DNA of 64,000 nt from positions 1-64,000 of the forward strand of contig QPGO01000140.1 of NCBI GenBank assembly GCA_008632985.1, written 5' to 3'. The stretch is from Psammoneis japonica. Its lineage: Eukaryota. Under the pieces are notes generated by a model. The model had not been told where the DNA came from. It did not search any database and saw nothing but the letters and a program-made list of their open reading frames with translations. The position numbers and the translations under genes were made by a program. Of the stretch, positions 62,501-64,000 are shown one piece after another (position 1 is the stretch's first letter; each line of letters opens with the position of its first letter).

Positions 62501-62520
62501 ACCACGTAGGTTTCTACGCA
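62501..62520. promoter_or_regulatory. Palindromic motif CGTAG-N4-CTACG upstream of the 62184 gene
   Basis: ACCACGTAGGTTTCTACGCA. Confidence 0.5.
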
Positions 62521-63862
62521 TCAGTCACAATTTGAATCGATTTCCCGGGACCGCTTTTCGGCGCAGAATTTCACACACACAACACTCACTTTCACGACGA
62601 CGACACGCCATGGACTCACGGCCGCTTATAAATCGACTGACGCACCGCAATTCGAGAGGTAAGAGCAATGCGTATGACTAATTTTGATGTGAATGATTCG
62701 TTGGGAGCGTTGGTTTTTTGCTGTTGCGTTGCGTTGCGCTGTTTTGATGCCGTTTTCGACGAGTTTCGTGCTTGGTGCGTGTCGCTTGTTGCTTTTGTTC
62801 GTCGCGGCGTGCCTCGTTCTTTCTCGCTTTGACTACTCATGGTGGTGCAACGACACCCCATTGTTGTGCTTTTGTGTTGCGTTTTGGCTCACTGTTGTTG
62901 TTTTACGGCGCTTTGGGCGTCATCGTGGTTCAGCCCGGTTCGTCGGACGCATCATTGTCGTGACGACGACCAGCACTGCATTCGTGCATGGCTTTTTACC
63001 GTTGGCATTTCAACTGCATATTCCGTAGACATGACAACATATGTGAGTTAGCTGGGTGGGGCTAGTTGGTCACGCACGTTTGGGTTCGATGCAGCCGTGC
63101 AACTGGCCACACCCTGCAGGAAGAGCTGTTGGTGGCGCGCGAGCAGAAGCAACAAAGCAAAGAAAATGGCGTGGGTCAAAACGTTGTAAAATGACGCAAC
63201 AACAAGCAGCAAGAAGAAACCCAATTTGACCCATGAATGCAGCGCATGCATGTTGTCCAACCACTTCAATGGTGTCTTGCATTCCCAGCTTGTAGATGAG
63301 GGGACGGCGTTCGCGTTTCTCGCCATGGTGTTGTTGTGCGTTGTCGTGTTGTTTGCGCGCGAAGAACACGGGATCTATTTATCCGACAGTGACTCTGTTT
63401 TTCTAATGGCAAATGTTTTGCTGTGTCCAATCTGAAGACATTTTGAGAAGCGCTTCGGGGCGACCCTGTTCGGACCGTTAAAAAGAAATGTTTTTTGTTC
63501 ATCCTCTAAAACATGTTTCGGGGTGTTCCTCACTTTTTTTGAATTCGGGCATGTGTCTCTTCAAGATCATAGAAATTTCAATGATGTGCAAAACCCCAAG
63601 AGACCAACACAAATTTGTCTTCCATGCAGACCGTGTAGATTGTGCACCGGCGGAAAATCCACCGCCTGTCAACTCATCAGCAGCAATTCTACGCATGTTC
63701 TGCTTGCACCTCACACACGCACACACGCCTGCACAGTCTAACAACCGCGCACACGTGCGCGAGACAAATTCAAATTGCCTGAAATGAACATTGATGGGCA
63801 TGCACAGTGCAGCGCTGTTCGGTCATTGTCTCCAGTTGAAGGCTCCGTCATGCAAACATGTG

Positions 63863-63992
63863 ACTCGCCCCGTTGCTCGGTCACAAGGCTCNATTGCTCG
63901 GTCACAAGGCTTGTTGCTGATGTCACATTCGGGTCACAAGGCTTGTCACTCGGTCACAAGGCTCGTTGCTCGGTCACTCGCCCCGTCACTCA
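63863..63992 (+). repeat. Degenerate minisatellite of about 20 bp (gttgctcggtcacaaggctc) containing an N at 63892
   Basis: ggtcacaaggct occurs four times with variants; the N suggests a gap or ambiguous base. Confidence 0.8.
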
Positions 63993-64000
63993 ACAACCCC

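Noticed and set aside
63863..63992. Repeat array considered as CRISPR or telomere
   Set aside because: Units are tandem without unique spacers, the context is eukaryotic with no cas genes, and the unit is not a telomeric repeat.
1..64000. Classical fungal RIP or plain CpG decay as the explanation for the skewed domains
   Set aside because: RIP creates TpA rather than removing it. CpG decay cannot turn TAY into TGY or CAY, and TA is lost even where CG persists.

Overview
Eukaryotic, intron-containing nuclear DNA, most consistent with a diatom (short GT-AG introns of about 70-180 bp, diatom-type gene families). The intact genes are tepsin, a GT8-like glycosyltransferase, SMC6, three paralogous secreted metallophosphoesterase-LamG genes, SRP54, a rhodanese-PKD protein, a sulfatase, a polytopic membrane protein, Integrator subunit 1, a 2OG-Fe(II) oxygenase, TCTP, TRM112, a JmjC protein and several hypotheticals. 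The standout signal is four discrete domains (about 1-1299, 8270-10640, 31420-37385, 53710-58445; roughly 14 kb in total, plus a probable fifth starting near 63740) that are almost empty of the dinucleotide TpA and rich in TpG/CpA. A decayed paralog inside one domain can be aligned to an intact gene in the same window. It shows Tyr->Cys/His changes (TAY->TGY/CAY), i.e. directional A:T->G:C hypermutation at TpA on both strands, the opposite direction to fungal RIP. The few surviving TAs sit almost only in TTTA/TAAA contexts. This looks like a domain-restricted mutagenic silencing process; I cannot check the literature to confirm it is undescribed. Secondary signals are a recurring CGTAG-N4-CTACG palindrome near gene starts, TAG/CTA-rich patches, and several single-base frameshifts in conserved genes that are probably assembly errors. 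Dinucleotide counts were made by eye and are approximate.
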